From: a virus
DNA: 64,000 bases
Reading direction: 5' to 3' (one strand)
IMG/VR virus record: IMGVR_UViG_3300045988_122441
In this document: positions 54,134 to 63,347 of the stretch, in pieces
Layout: each line of letters opens with the position of its first letter
Position numbering within the stretch: the stretch's first letter is position 1
Made by a program: the position numbers and the translations under genes
Notes under the pieces: model-generated
Database searches by the model: none
Told to the model about the DNA's origin: nothing
What the model saw: the letters and a program-made list of their open reading frames with translations, nothing else

Positions 54134-55927
54134 TCAAGCCACGTTCTTGATAATTTTGGCTATTCCTAATCCTACAAGAATGGTCTTTAATGAACCAAAC
54201 GTGCTGATTACTTTATCAATAGCCTCTACAATACCTCTAAGAGCATCGACAGCTCCTTTTGTAAAGTCTGAGTCGAAAACGTCAGAAGAGAGTTCCTGAA
54301 ATGCAGCTTTCAGCTCTCCAACTTTTGCCTTAGTGGTATCCATGTAAATATTGTTTGCTTCTGTTGCAGTTCCAGCAGAATCCATAGCACTTGCATAAGC
54401 ACCGATAGCATCCTTGATATTAGTGATTGTAGACATAATACCTGATGTATTACGTGTACCACCAAGAATTTCTGCAACACGAGACTGGGATACATCTTCC
54501 ATGTTGTCCCAAACTTCTGCAAGCTGTACGAAGATGTCATACATATCCTTATATGTGTTTTCATCTTTCATGATGTCAACGCCGGATAATGCCATGATTT
54601 CTTCTCTATACTTAGACAGACCCTGAGCTAATCCGTCTGTCTCTTCACCCATTTCCTCAAGCTCTGTTGTAGCCCCTCGGATACGAGCACTTACTGTTTT
54701 CCACATTGTACCTGTGGTTTCAGCATTCTGAAGGGATGCGTTTGTTGCGGCGAACAAAGCAGCACTCTTCTCGAAGTCAGTTCCAGAAGCATGGAGTGCA
54801 GCACCACCTCGCTGAAACGCAGCCATAAGTTCCTCGGCTGAGATAGCGTATTCCTGACCTACCTTTACGAGCACATCTGATACGTGTTCTGCATCACTTG
54901 CATCCATTTCGTATCCCTTTATGATAGAAGTAATACCAGTTGTAGCAGTGTCCACGTCAGTGTTACCGACATTTGCCATGATATTTGCATATTTAGCCAA
55001 ATTCGATGAATCGCTCATGTTGTATCCGAGTCGAGCAAATGTTTCGATAGATGATGCTACATCAGTTACACTCTGACCAAGCTCTTTTGCAAGAGAGATG
55101 GACTTCGTAAGAAACGCTTCCATTTGAGAATCAGAGGCTCCAGTTACAATCTGGATCTGAGCCATAGCACTTTCGACTTCAACAGCAGCAGAGACCATCT
55201 GTTTTACAGTTCTAATCGCATACATGATTGCCTGTGAAACCGTCAACCATGAAGAGAATTTTGAAGCCAGACCGGATATTCTGTCACCAAATGACTGTGT
55301 ATTTTCTCCAGCTGTTCTGATAGCAGTTGATGCATCAGTTACAGTTGCTTTAATAGAGGCAAAACGCTCTTTGAACTGTTCAGCCGAAACAGATCCATTC
55401 ATTAACCCTGTTTTTAACGCTTCTAATGCAGTGATCTGGTCTTTAAGCGCAGAATAGCTTGTACTGGTATTACCGTTTCTTGCCGCAGTCCATTTCTGAG
55501 TATTTACAGTTACCTGTCCAAGAAGATTGTTTACTTTGGTCAAAGCATCTGTATGTTTCTTTGTGCCGACTGCAAAAGCATTTTCACTCGCTGCAGCCTG
55601 TTTTGTAGCATCGGCGGCTTTCCTTGTAGCATTGGCATTAGCATTTTTTGCCTGTGTGTTGGCATTGATAGCTGCGGTATCTTTTACCCATATTCCTGAA
55701 TTGGTCTTTGTGTATCCACCTGCTAACTTTGCCGCATTTGCGCTCGATGCAGCCTTAGTCATAGATTCAATCTGCTGTCTCATAGAAGACAGGGACGAAT
55801 CATCAAATTTAAGTTTTATTTTCGGTGGATTAGCATTGACCTGAGAAACCAGACTGGTAATTCCCGCCTGAAATTCAGCATAGCTCAACGAAGTATCCAC
55901 GCCGACTGTCAGTAAAATGTCAGCCAT
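54134..55927 (-). CDS. Tail tape measure protein, N-terminal 597-aa portion (TP901-type core; probable 5' exon)
   Basis: 'ELMAAFQRGGAALHASGTDFEKSAALFAATNASLQNAETTGTMWKTVSARIRG' fits the TP901-family TMP core pattern. Ends in a hydrophobic 'TILVGLGIAKII'. Confidence 0.75.
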   Translation of the reverse strand: MADILLTVGVDTSLSYAEFQAGITSLVSQVNANPPKIKLKFDDSSLSSMRQQIESMTKAASSANAAKLAGGYTKTNSGIWVKDTAAINANTQAKNANANATRKAADATKQAAASENAFAVGTKKHTDALTKVNNLLGQVTVNTQKWTAARNGNTSTSYSALKDQITALEALKTGLMNGSVSAEQFKERFASIKATVTDASTAIRTAGENTQSFGDRISGLASKFSSWLTVSQAIMYAIRTVKQMVSAAVEVESAMAQIQIVTGASDSQMEAFLTKSISLAKELGQSVTDVASSIETFARLGYNMSDSSNLAKYANIMANVGNTDVDTATTGITSIIKGYEMDASDAEHVSDVLVKVGQEYAISAEELMAAFQRGGAALHASGTDFEKSAALFAATNASLQNAETTGTMWKTVSARIRGATTELEEMGEETDGLAQGLSKYREEIMALSGVDIMKDENTYKDMYDIFVQLAEVWDNMEDVSQSRVAEILGGTRNTSGIMSTITNIKDAIGAYASAMDSAGTATEANNIYMDTTKAKVGELKAAFQELSSDVFDSDFTKGAVDALRGIVEAIDKVISTFGSLKTILVGLGIAKIIKNVA

Positions 55928-55960
55928 TTATTTATCTCACCGCCTTTTTGAATATAAAGA

Positions 55961-55988
55961 AAAGGACTGGCTTATACACCAATCCTTT
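55961..55988 (-). terminator. Stem-loop upstream of the tape-measure start (attenuator or weak terminator)
   Basis: AAAGGACTGG/CCAATCCTTT stem with one mismatch. On the minus strand it is followed by TTCTTTATATT. Confidence 0.3.
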
Positions 55989-56009
55989 CACTAAATGTTT
56001 ACTATGTGT

Positions 56010-56558
56010 TTAAGAAAAATCACCGCTTACAGAAATGTCAATGACATTGTATTCGGATGCGTAACTTCCCATAAAACTGCTGACGGCATCATCTACGAAA
56101 TGAGCACCCGGTATCACAGTTCTACTCCAAGTTTCTTGACCGTGCCATATACCATGAACACGATTCATTTCATGATCCACACCGTTATTTAACAGTGCGG
56201 CTAAATTACTAATACCTCCGTACTTACCAGGAACCAACGAAGGTCTGCTCAGGTTTCCAGTAAAGAAGATTTCAATCGTATATACATTTGCTCCAGCCGG
56301 AACAGCAGAAGAGTGGCTAAGCTCTGAAATTGCGGCAGCAGCTTCTGAGCTTATACCGGAACTGCTGATCGAGTTTCTAAGAACTTCTATGAACTTTTCA
56401 GCAGCTTCCTCTGGCGTATGTGTTTTACCTCCGGACTTTAAAGTTATGGTTCCAAGCATAACTTTAGCAACCGTACTGTTTACTTTTGCCTGACCAGCGC
56501 CGCTTCCCATATGAGCCTGTGCTTTCGCAAGTATGGAATCCATATTGATAGAAGCCAT
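56010..56558 (-). CDS. Hypothetical tail-module protein (chaperone position)
   Basis: 182 aa, immediately upstream of the TMP. Confidence 0.35.
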   Translation of the reverse strand: MASINMDSILAKAQAHMGSGAGQAKVNSTVAKVMLGTITLKSGGKTHTPEEAAEKFIEVLRNSISSSGISSEAAAAISELSHSSAVPAGANVYTIEIFFTGNLSRPSLVPGKYGGISNLAALLNNGVDHEMNRVHGIWHGQETWSRTVIPGAHFVDDAVSSFMGSYASEYNVIDISVSGDFS

Positions 56559-56560
56559 AA

Positions 56561-57172
56561 TTATTTATCTCCTGTAGGCATCTGCACAACCTTTGAGTCT
56601 TTAGATTTGTCCATATATGCCTGTACGACTTTTCCTTCGTCTATATTTCCATCAGACATTGCATGGATAAGAGCTGCTAGATCATCTGGGTTCACTCCGG
56701 CATAGATCCCCGCAATCTGATTTACCAGATTTTCACACTCATCATTGATATGCTGCATCTGATTCATAACTGCCTGTATATTTGCCTGTGCAATATTAGA
56801 AACTTTATGCTCAATAGCATTGATAATTTCACCGAACTGACGACCCTCGATATGGTTCAGAACGGCATCTACAATATCTGAATTATAGATAACCGCATAT
56901 CGTGTAGGTAAGTCTTCTGGCAGATTGAAGTTAGCGTACATCTCCAGTAAGCAGCTTTTGATTGCAAAGTCTTTAACTTCTGGCAGGTATTCGCCATCAT
57001 CACCGAAGCAAGTTTTTGTCACGTAGTCAACAAATTCCATCATGGTTTCCATCGAGAGAACTCTATTTACGACAACGCTCATGCCGTTCCACTCAAATTC
57101 TGCAGTAGGTTCTGAAATTTTGTTTACAGCTTCGATCAGTGTAGACGCATCAATTCTATTTGCTTTTTCCAT
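56561..57172 (-). CDS. Hypothetical tail-module protein (tail assembly chaperone position)
   Basis: The ATG at 57172 has a GGAGGAAGAAAATA SD. Acidic and helical. Confidence 0.35.
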   Translation of the reverse strand: MEKANRIDASTLIEAVNKISEPTAEFEWNGMSVVVNRVLSMETMMEFVDYVTKTCFGDDGEYLPEVKDFAIKSCLLEMYANFNLPEDLPTRYAVIYNSDIVDAVLNHIEGRQFGEIINAIEHKVSNIAQANIQAVMNQMQHINDECENLVNQIAGIYAGVNPDDLAALIHAMSDGNIDEGKVVQAYMDKSKDSKVVQMPTGDK

Positions 57173-57644
57173 TATTTTCTTCCTCCATTTTCTCTTTTTG
57201 GGCTTCTCGCTTAGCCTTTCTTCGGATAGCACGTTGTTTCTTTACATATTCGTAAGAGCACCATCCTCCATCAATTCCTGAATAAGTCACCCATCTATAA
57301 TCTACGTCCGGGAATTTATACCAAAATAATTTCCTTTTGATATTTGCGACCGAATCCGGACATCCTTTTGTGTCAATAACGACCTCAGTTCCGTCCTTAT
57401 ATACAATGAAAAAATCCGCAACGTAGGTAATTGGGTGAACGTTTTTGTCGTCGTGTTTGAACTTTGGTTGTAACTCATATGGTTTCTGAAGCTCAAATCT
57501 TACCACATCGCCACTCTCCACTAGGGGGCAAAGTACATCACGATAATATTTCATTTCCAGTATGGAATCGAATACGATACCATCATAAGTACGATTTGAA
57601 GTGTCTTTATCGACATTGAATTTCGTTCTTGCGATAATAATCAC
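57156..57644 (-). CDS. DUF1064-family protein (PD-(D/E)XK-like nuclease fold)
   Basis: 'YDGIVFDSILEMKYY..L......G.V..FELQ..YEL' and 'ITYVADFFIVYKDGTEVVIDTKG......IKRKLF' match the DUF1064 consensus layout. Confidence 0.65.
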   Translation of the reverse strand: MIIIARTKFNVDKDTSNRTYDGIVFDSILEMKYYRDVLCPLVESGDVVRFELQKPYELQPKFKHDDKNVHPITYVADFFIVYKDGTEVVIDTKGCPDSVANIKRKLFWYKFPDVDYRWVTYSGIDGGWCSYEYVKKQRAIRRKAKREAQKEKMEEENNGKSK

Positions 57645-57650
57645 CTCATG

Positions 57651-57684
57651 AAAATAAGGCTACACCTTACAAAAAGATGTAGCC
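57651..57684 (-). terminator. Rho-independent terminator inside the tail module
   Basis: GGCTACA/TGTAGCC stem (57658-57684). On the minus strand it is followed by TTATTTT. Confidence 0.5.
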
Positions 57685-57702
57685 ATGTGCTATATGTAAT
57701 TG

Positions 57703-57990
57703 TTACTCAGTATCTTCCTCTTCGTCAAAATCGTCCTCGAACCAAGAATCTTCCCCGTCACATTCGTCGAGGTCACTATAGTCCGAAGACGATGGAGTAG
57801 GTTCGTTAAGTGGAACTACCGGCTCTGCATCATTCGCTCGTGATGCCTCAATCTCTGCAAGGTAAACACTACCATGCTCGGGGCAACACGCAACGTCCTG
57901 ATACCGGAAGATACCTTCAATACGCCGAAGTGTGTGGCAGTATTCATACTCTTTACCACACACTTTGCAAATTCTAGTTGCTGTAGGCAT
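57703..57990 (-). CDS. Small Cys-rich protein with a strongly acidic C-terminal tail
   Basis: 'CKVCGKEYEYCH...CCPEHG' followed by 'DECDGEDSWFEDDFDEEEDTE'. The ATG at 57990 is preferred over the track GTG at 57999, which overlaps the SD. Confidence 0.45.
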   Translation of the reverse strand: MPTATRICKVCGKEYEYCHTLRRIEGIFRYQDVACCPEHGSVYLAEIEASRANDAEPVVPLNEPTPSSSDYSDLDECDGEDSWFEDDFDEEEDTE

Positions 57991-58079
57991 TATTCCCACC
58001 TTCCTAATTCCGTAAAGAGACTCTTAGCAGCCTCGTCTATAATTGTCTTGCTGTCATTCGTGAACAATGCCTGCGCTCT

Positions 58080-58871
58080 TCATTCAGCGTCTGCTGTATT
58101 CACCCCGAACACAGTATATGTCCACAGGGAGCCGCCTGCGCCACAAGCTCCTGCCAGAGATTCAGCCTCAAAAGCGTGCGCTGTCTGGTTCTCACCCATC
58201 TCCAGAGAGAACTCGCCAGAGAAGTCAGCCTTCGGGATAAAGAACTGAATTCTGTAAACATTGCCACATTTGTCTTCGCCAAGAGCATCGACATACAGTG
58301 TGCATTTTTCAGAATATACATCGCTTTCGTTGTTGAGCACGTCGGCTTTGATACGTCTCTTGTAGTAAACAACAACCTCTGTTCCATCCGCTACATCTGT
58401 ATGGAAAGTGATAGCTTTTGATGCTGGCGCATATGCAAACTTACCAGCTGCAGCAGCAGATGCCTGTGTTAATTCCTGACTAAGACTACCGTCAGCATTG
58501 CGAATGTACAGGGCTTCGATTTCTGCTCCTGTAGTTCCGACAGCTTTATAAAGAGTGGAAGCCTTACCGCTTGCGACGGTCAGATAGTCTGTCCACATAA
58601 CATCTGTAGCCTTAGACTCAAATTTTCCACCTGTCTGTGCTTCAAGCAGACCGCCGGATACGAGACCGTTTGTACCACTGATTGTTACTGCCTTATTACG
58701 TTTCAGATTTGCAAGCTTACGTCCGCCCTTACCAGTAATCTCAGTAGAATCCTGAGTGTTAGCGATTGTCGCATTCTGAAGTTCATCAAGTGTGAATTTA
58801 TAATTACCAGTAACGACATCAAAGGCTGTAATTGTTTCCAGACTTGTGATAGTGATATCTTTGATATTCAT
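58080..58871 (-). CDS. Major tail (tube) protein
   Basis: 263 aa. The N-terminus 'ITITSLETITAFDVVTGNYKFTLDELQNATI' is typical of siphovirus major tail proteins. Strong SD. Position fits. Confidence 0.65.
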   Translation of the reverse strand: MNIKDITITSLETITAFDVVTGNYKFTLDELQNATIANTQDSTEITGKGGRKLANLKRNKAVTISGTNGLVSGGLLEAQTGGKFESKATDVMWTDYLTVASGKASTLYKAVGTTGAEIEALYIRNADGSLSQELTQASAAAAGKFAYAPASKAITFHTDVADGTEVVVYYKRRIKADVLNNESDVYSEKCTLYVDALGEDKCGNVYRIQFFIPKADFSGEFSLEMGENQTAHAFEAESLAGACGAGGSLWTYTVFGVNTADAE

Positions 58872-58893
58872 AATGTTCCTCCTATTGATTTAT

Positions 58894-59616
58894 TTAGTGA
58901 ACAAGCCAGTTCAAATCTTTCTGGCTTAATTCTTTTGGATTTATTGTTCCGGTATAAATACCGTACATTCTGTTGTCATAATCAGTCTTTTTAATAACCT
59001 GCCGAACACTTTCGTTGAATTGATAAATAGAAAGTTCTCTTGTCCCCTCAAAATCATATTTAAACTGTTCGGTATTGACCATTGCGATTATGAGAGATTC
59101 CAACTGTGAGTCCTCTTTCCTGTCTTTATGTCGTTTGAGTTTCTCACGAGCACGTCTTAGCATATAGTCTTTGGCTTCATCATTGGCTGGTCGCCTGTGA
59201 TTCTTTTCTAGGTGGTGCAATTTCCGCAACACAGAAGCCATCTGACTATGAATAGCTCTGTCAATCGTAATGTCGTGCTTTTCATCACGAATGACAAATT
59301 TACCATTTTGCGGGCTGATTCCAATTTCAAAATCAGACAGATCCATATCTCCAAACACGAGGCTCAGAACATATTTGTCCATCTGTTTGATATTTTCAAA
59401 AAGCAGTACGAATAACTGCCAAGCATTGATGGTTGTAAAGTCAATACCTAAATCATCAAGCTGCACCATAAAATCAATCGGCATGGCTGTAATAGCGGAC
59501 ACAACATTGTAATATGAGTCCTCATTATCCAACACCTGTCCAACTGTCGGTATGGAAATATGTATCGAATCATTGATTGCATAAGAATCACGATAAAGCA
59601 GATGTAATGCTGACAT
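58894..59616 (-). CDS. Hypothetical virion-module protein
   Basis: 240 aa. TAATG-type overlap with the upstream gene. Confidence 0.35.
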   Translation of the reverse strand: MSALHLLYRDSYAINDSIHISIPTVGQVLDNEDSYYNVVSAITAMPIDFMVQLDDLGIDFTTINAWQLFVLLFENIKQMDKYVLSLVFGDMDLSDFEIGISPQNGKFVIRDEKHDITIDRAIHSQMASVLRKLHHLEKNHRRPANDEAKDYMLRRAREKLKRHKDRKEDSQLESLIIAMVNTEQFKYDFEGTRELSIYQFNESVRQVIKKTDYDNRMYGIYTGTINPKELSQKDLNWLVH

Positions 59617-60128
59617 TATCCTGTCTTACGATTAATAGGAGTCGGTTTCTTCGGATTGTATTGCATATTGAAATCCTTTGCATGGAATGTCATAAGCTTT
59701 CCGTTGAAGTCTGTCATTGGGGCAAACCTTTTTACCGCATATAGCTCAAGCTCACCAAGACCATATTTCCTACTTCCATTAATCGCTTTTGCGATTTCTA
59801 CACAGAGCTTATCGGTTCTAACGCCACCTCCATTAGGAAGACGAAGCTTACTTCTGTGTGTAAATACCCATATATACAGAACTGGGTATAAGAACGTTTT
59901 ATTTGCACTTGCCTCCTGAATGTCAACATCGAAGCAAATGAATGTTTTGCCGTGTTCAACAGTATCCGGGATATACTCACATGGAAATACCTGTGTATAT
60001 GCCAATTTCGTAGCATCCTCAAACTTGATATCTGAATTAAGAAGAGATACGATATCCTTGTTTGTCAGAATGTCGCCCATTAGCTGATTTTTGTAGTCAT
60101 AAAATTCTTCTAACTGCATTACAGCCAC
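59616..60128 (-). CDS. Hypothetical head-tail joining/tail completion protein
   Basis: 170 aa. Call rests on position only. Confidence 0.35.
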   Translation of the reverse strand: MAVMQLEEFYDYKNQLMGDILTNKDIVSLLNSDIKFEDATKLAYTQVFPCEYIPDTVEHGKTFICFDVDIQEASANKTFLYPVLYIWVFTHRSKLRLPNGGGVRTDKLCVEIAKAINGSRKYGLGELELYAVKRFAPMTDFNGKLMTFHAKDFNMQYNPKKPTPINRKTG

Positions 60129-60880
60129 CCCTTCTTTCCAGTATCTGATGCAGAACTGTCATCCTTATCATCTACGATATCTGATGTATTTTCTTTCGGG
60201 AAATGCAGATAATAATTTGCAATTCCTAACTCGAAGTTGTCATTATCTGTTGAAACAACCTCTTGTAGTACGAAAGAGTAAATACCATGACCGTTATATG
60301 TTTTACCAACCTTTAATGGTTTGGTAAGAAGATAAGCATTCATCTCGGATGACTCTGGGTCATCTATAAGAAAGCGACAATTACGTGCAAATTTCACAGT
60401 GTAAGAATTACGAGCAATCGTCATCGCAATACGGGAGTCGCCTCTCGTTACAAAGAAATCTTTATCTTCATATTCTCCAGTCAGGTACTTTGTACCATCC
60501 TCGATAACACACCATTGCTCATGTATCACATGATCTGAGTCGATCCATTTGAGTAAGAAATTGCATTGCAATAACTTAACTCTGGTTCGCAGCTCAGTAT
60601 TGGCATCTTTTTCTGTTATAAGCCAATGATTATCATCCCATTCTACAAGACCTCCACATGTAAAATCCTCTCCAGGAAGAGAGTGCATGATTTTTTCATT
60701 TAAGTTATCAGAGTCATCTATAATAACCGAGCGTTCCTCACCATCAACTATCACATTGTGATATGATAAAGAATCCGGAAGCTTCTCTCTTAATCTACGT
60801 GAAGTACGAAATAGAGCAGCCTCTCGCTTAGTCTTGCCTTGAGCACATACACGGCTCTCATATACATCCCAGATTCCCAT
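60119..60880 (-). CDS. Hypothetical virion-module protein
   Basis: 253 aa. Call rests on position only. Confidence 0.3.
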   Translation of the reverse strand: MGIWDVYESRVCAQGKTKREAALFRTSRRLREKLPDSLSYHNVIVDGEERSVIIDDSDNLNEKIMHSLPGEDFTCGGLVEWDDNHWLITEKDANTELRTRVKLLQCNFLLKWIDSDHVIHEQWCVIEDGTKYLTGEYEDKDFFVTRGDSRIAMTIARNSYTVKFARNCRFLIDDPESSEMNAYLLTKPLKVGKTYNGHGIYSFVLQEVVSTDNDNFELGIANYYLHFPKENTSDIVDDKDDSSASDTGKKGWL

Positions 60881-60882
60881 GC

Positions 60883-61224
60883 TTACACCTCCGCAACAGT
60901 AAAATACTCTTCAAGCTTATTGCATACAGAGATAGCATGAAAAACTTCGCGTCTTACATCGCTCACGGTGCAATCAGGTGTATCAATCAGATATTCCAAA
61001 ATAGCCATGAGTGTGAGATAAGATGAATTTACTTTCAGCTCAGGAATCAATCCTTTACCTCCTATTAACTCGACACGCAAGCTACGCATATATGTCTGTA
61101 ATGACTCTTCTCCATTTTCTCGCATAGGGAGAATCTTAAAAAATCGATTTACGAGATCGTGGAAATAATTCTTTACGAGATCATTCCGAACTACTTGTCC
61201 GGTAATCGTTACCACACCACTCAT
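60883..61224 (-). CDS. Hypothetical head-tail connector protein
   Basis: 113 aa. Call rests on position only. Confidence 0.35.
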   Translation of the reverse strand: MSGVVTITGQVVRNDLVKNYFHDLVNRFFKILPMRENGEESLQTYMRSLRVELIGGKGLIPELKVNSSYLTLMAILEYLIDTPDCTVSDVRREVFHAISVCNKLEEYFTVAEV

Positions 61225-61670
61225 AAGTGTAAGTCCGTCAGATCTCCAGTATTAAAGGAATACTCCCGAATCATCTGAGTGTAGTCCTTTTTTGCATCTG
61301 CATATGCGTTCCCTACACGCAAAAGCAGCTCAGCAGGAGAGTAGGTTGTGAAATCCTGCGTATTAATAGCATTTTCCAATAACTCCTGCTTGTACACGTA
61401 TGGCTTTAGCCACTGTACGACCATTCCTTCTGAAACAATATCCGCAATTTCAGTTAAATCATCATCTGGAACGTCCACGTTGAACACTCTTGTTTCATCG
61501 TCACCAGTGGTGGAAAAGTCATACTGACAAATTTTTCTAAATCCGCTGATTGCTCGTTTCATGTAACCAATAACAACACTGTCCCTTTGAGATTGTTCAA
61601 GAGAAAGTAAATCACGCTCAGTTACTTTTTCGAGAAAAGAGCCGATGAACACGTCGTAAGAAACGCTCAT
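61221..61670 (-). CDS. Head-tail adaptor (gp6-like) candidate
   Basis: 149 aa, second gene downstream of the capsid gene (the 61682-62254 ORF lies between). Overlapping stop/start with the next gene. Confidence 0.4.
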   Translation of the reverse strand: MSVSYDVFIGSFLEKVTERDLLSLEQSQRDSVVIGYMKRAISGFRKICQYDFSTTGDDETRVFNVDVPDDDLTEIADIVSEGMVVQWLKPYVYKQELLENAINTQDFTTYSPAELLLRVGNAYADAKKDYTQMIREYSFNTGDLTDLHL

Positions 61671-61681
61671 ACGAAACCCTC

Positions 61682-62254
61682 CTATCTTTCAATCAGCTCA
61701 ACTCCAAGAGACTCCTCTAATGCGGCAATCGCTTTATTGGAATCAATCTCCCCCTCAGCGATCAGAACTCTGGCACGGTAGGCTACAGATTTCTTCTGAC
61801 CGTCAGACATTCCTCCGATAATCTGAGAGATAGTTTCAGCATCTTTCTGGAAAATCTCGTCGAAATCTTCAATGCGTACTGCATTTCGATAGAATCGCTG
61901 TACGCCAAGATAATCTACGATCCAGTCCTCATCAAACATAAACCAGTTGTTTTCAAAGAATTTCTTATAAGAGTTCTTTGCGTTTTTCAGCTCTCTGAGT
62001 TCCATTTCCTGTTCAGCTCCGAATTGATCCCACACAAATCGTTCTCCTGTATGCTTGCTAACATATACCAGTCGTCCCTGAAAACCATTGCGAACAGTTA
62101 CGTACTGTTCAGGGTCAATATCTTTTGGAACAATAGGTTTTACAGTTTTTTCAGCAGCTTTTCTAGTCCGAGTTTTTCTCTTTGGAGTTTCGGCAGCTAC
62201 GGATTCTGTAACTGCATTCTGTTCCACAACCTGAGTTTCAGTTTTAACTTCCAT
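61682..62254 (-). CDS. Hypothetical head-module protein with basic N-terminal tail
   Basis: 190 aa. 'PKRKTRTRKAAEK' near the N-terminus. Confidence 0.35.
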   Translation of the reverse strand: MEVKTETQVVEQNAVTESVAAETPKRKTRTRKAAEKTVKPIVPKDIDPEQYVTVRNGFQGRLVYVSKHTGERFVWDQFGAEQEMELRELKNAKNSYKKFFENNWFMFDEDWIVDYLGVQRFYRNAVRIEDFDEIFQKDAETISQIIGGMSDGQKKSVAYRARVLIAEGEIDSNKAIAALEESLGVELIER

Positions 62255-62315
62255 AAGTTACTCCTTCCGTTCATAAACGGGAGCCATTACAGCTCCCGTT
62301 GCATTCTTATTTCGA

Positions 62316-63332
62316 TTACGCATTCATTTCGTAACGACCAACACCAGCGTTACCACCAGCCAGGACGATACCCATTCCGTACTTCTCGCCGTACAGGTAC
62401 TCCTGTGTGAAGTCTGCGTTGCTCATCGGGTCGCCCATGAGAACGATAGGACTTCCTTCGTATACGACTTTAATCGGCTTGTCATCACCAGCGATGATAG
62501 TGATAACATCGTCATCGAATACGAACTCAGTAGAACCTACTTTATGGCGCTGTGGAGCAGCTACTACAGGAGTTCCGTAGAACTTGCCATAGTATCCCAT
62601 ATTGTAGAGATCGTCTTTAGCACCATCGTTCTGGATAGAAGCTTTCAGCTTACGCAGTGCTTTCTTTGTGCCGATGATTGTAGCCTGCTGTCCGTTAGCA
62701 GCTGCTTCAACATGAGAAATCAGGTCTAACAGCTCATCCTCGTCGTATGCACCTGCAACCGGGAAATATGTAGTACCGCCGAACTGGTCAGCAGTAGCAC
62801 CACTCCACAGAGTGTAGATATCATTCAGAAGTTTCTGACGGAAGGACTCGGATACTTTGTTGATAAAGTCGTTGAAATCAACACGACCTGCAAGTACACG
62901 GTTCAGTTCCTCGTAAATTCTGACTGTCTTGAGAGAAGTCGGAATAGATGCCTCAGATACACCGCCGAGTCTCTGACGTCTGATACCCTGAGTACCATCA
63001 GCTGCTTCAGAAACTACAAACAGGTTTCTATCCTCAACGAGGAAGATGTTCTTGTCACCTTCAGGAACATTACGGAAATCAACCAGAGCATTGAAATATT
63101 CGTCGCCCTGAAGACCCTCAACAACAGTTCTGCTCAGTGTCTCCTCCAGAAGAGAGAACAGACCTGCACATTTACCGTCTCTGATTTTCTTGTAATCCAG
63201 AACGGTGCTTCCGCCATTAGCCTCGATCAGAGCCTGTCTAAGCAGCTCCTGAGACTGACCTACGGAATATTTTTCAACCTTGCCTTTGTAACCATCAACA
63301 GCAAGTTTTACAATATCTTTAATTTCAGCCAT
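62316..63332 (-). CDS. Major capsid protein candidate
   Basis: 338 aa with a strong AGGAGG SD and its own motif copy upstream. Position lies between scaffold/decoration-like and connector genes. No homology search was possible. Confidence 0.6.
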   Translation of the reverse strand: MAEIKDIVKLAVDGYKGKVEKYSVGQSQELLRQALIEANGGSTVLDYKKIRDGKCAGLFSLLEETLSRTVVEGLQGDEYFNALVDFRNVPEGDKNIFLVEDRNLFVVSEAADGTQGIRRQRLGGVSEASIPTSLKTVRIYEELNRVLAGRVDFNDFINKVSESFRQKLLNDIYTLWSGATADQFGGTTYFPVAGAYDEDELLDLISHVEAAANGQQATIIGTKKALRKLKASIQNDGAKDDLYNMGYYGKFYGTPVVAAPQRHKVGSTEFVFDDDVITIIAGDDKPIKVVYEGSPIVLMGDPMSNADFTQEYLYGEKYGMGIVLAGGNAGVGRYEMNA

Positions 63333-63347
63333 TATAAAAATCCTCCT

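Noticed and set aside
39816-55927. Numerous 60-130-aa ORFs antisense to, or out of frame within, the Tal and TMP genes (e.g. 41305-41649, 49652-50005, 50816-51205, 55527-55844)
   Set aside because: They are embedded in long, well-supported genes, have low-complexity composition and lack SDs. They are typical shadow ORFs.
56010-57232. Canonical G/GT tail-chaperone pair with a programmed frameshift
   Set aside because: The two ORFs are separate, non-overlapping and each has its own SD. I found no slippery sequence or overlapping -1 frame extension.
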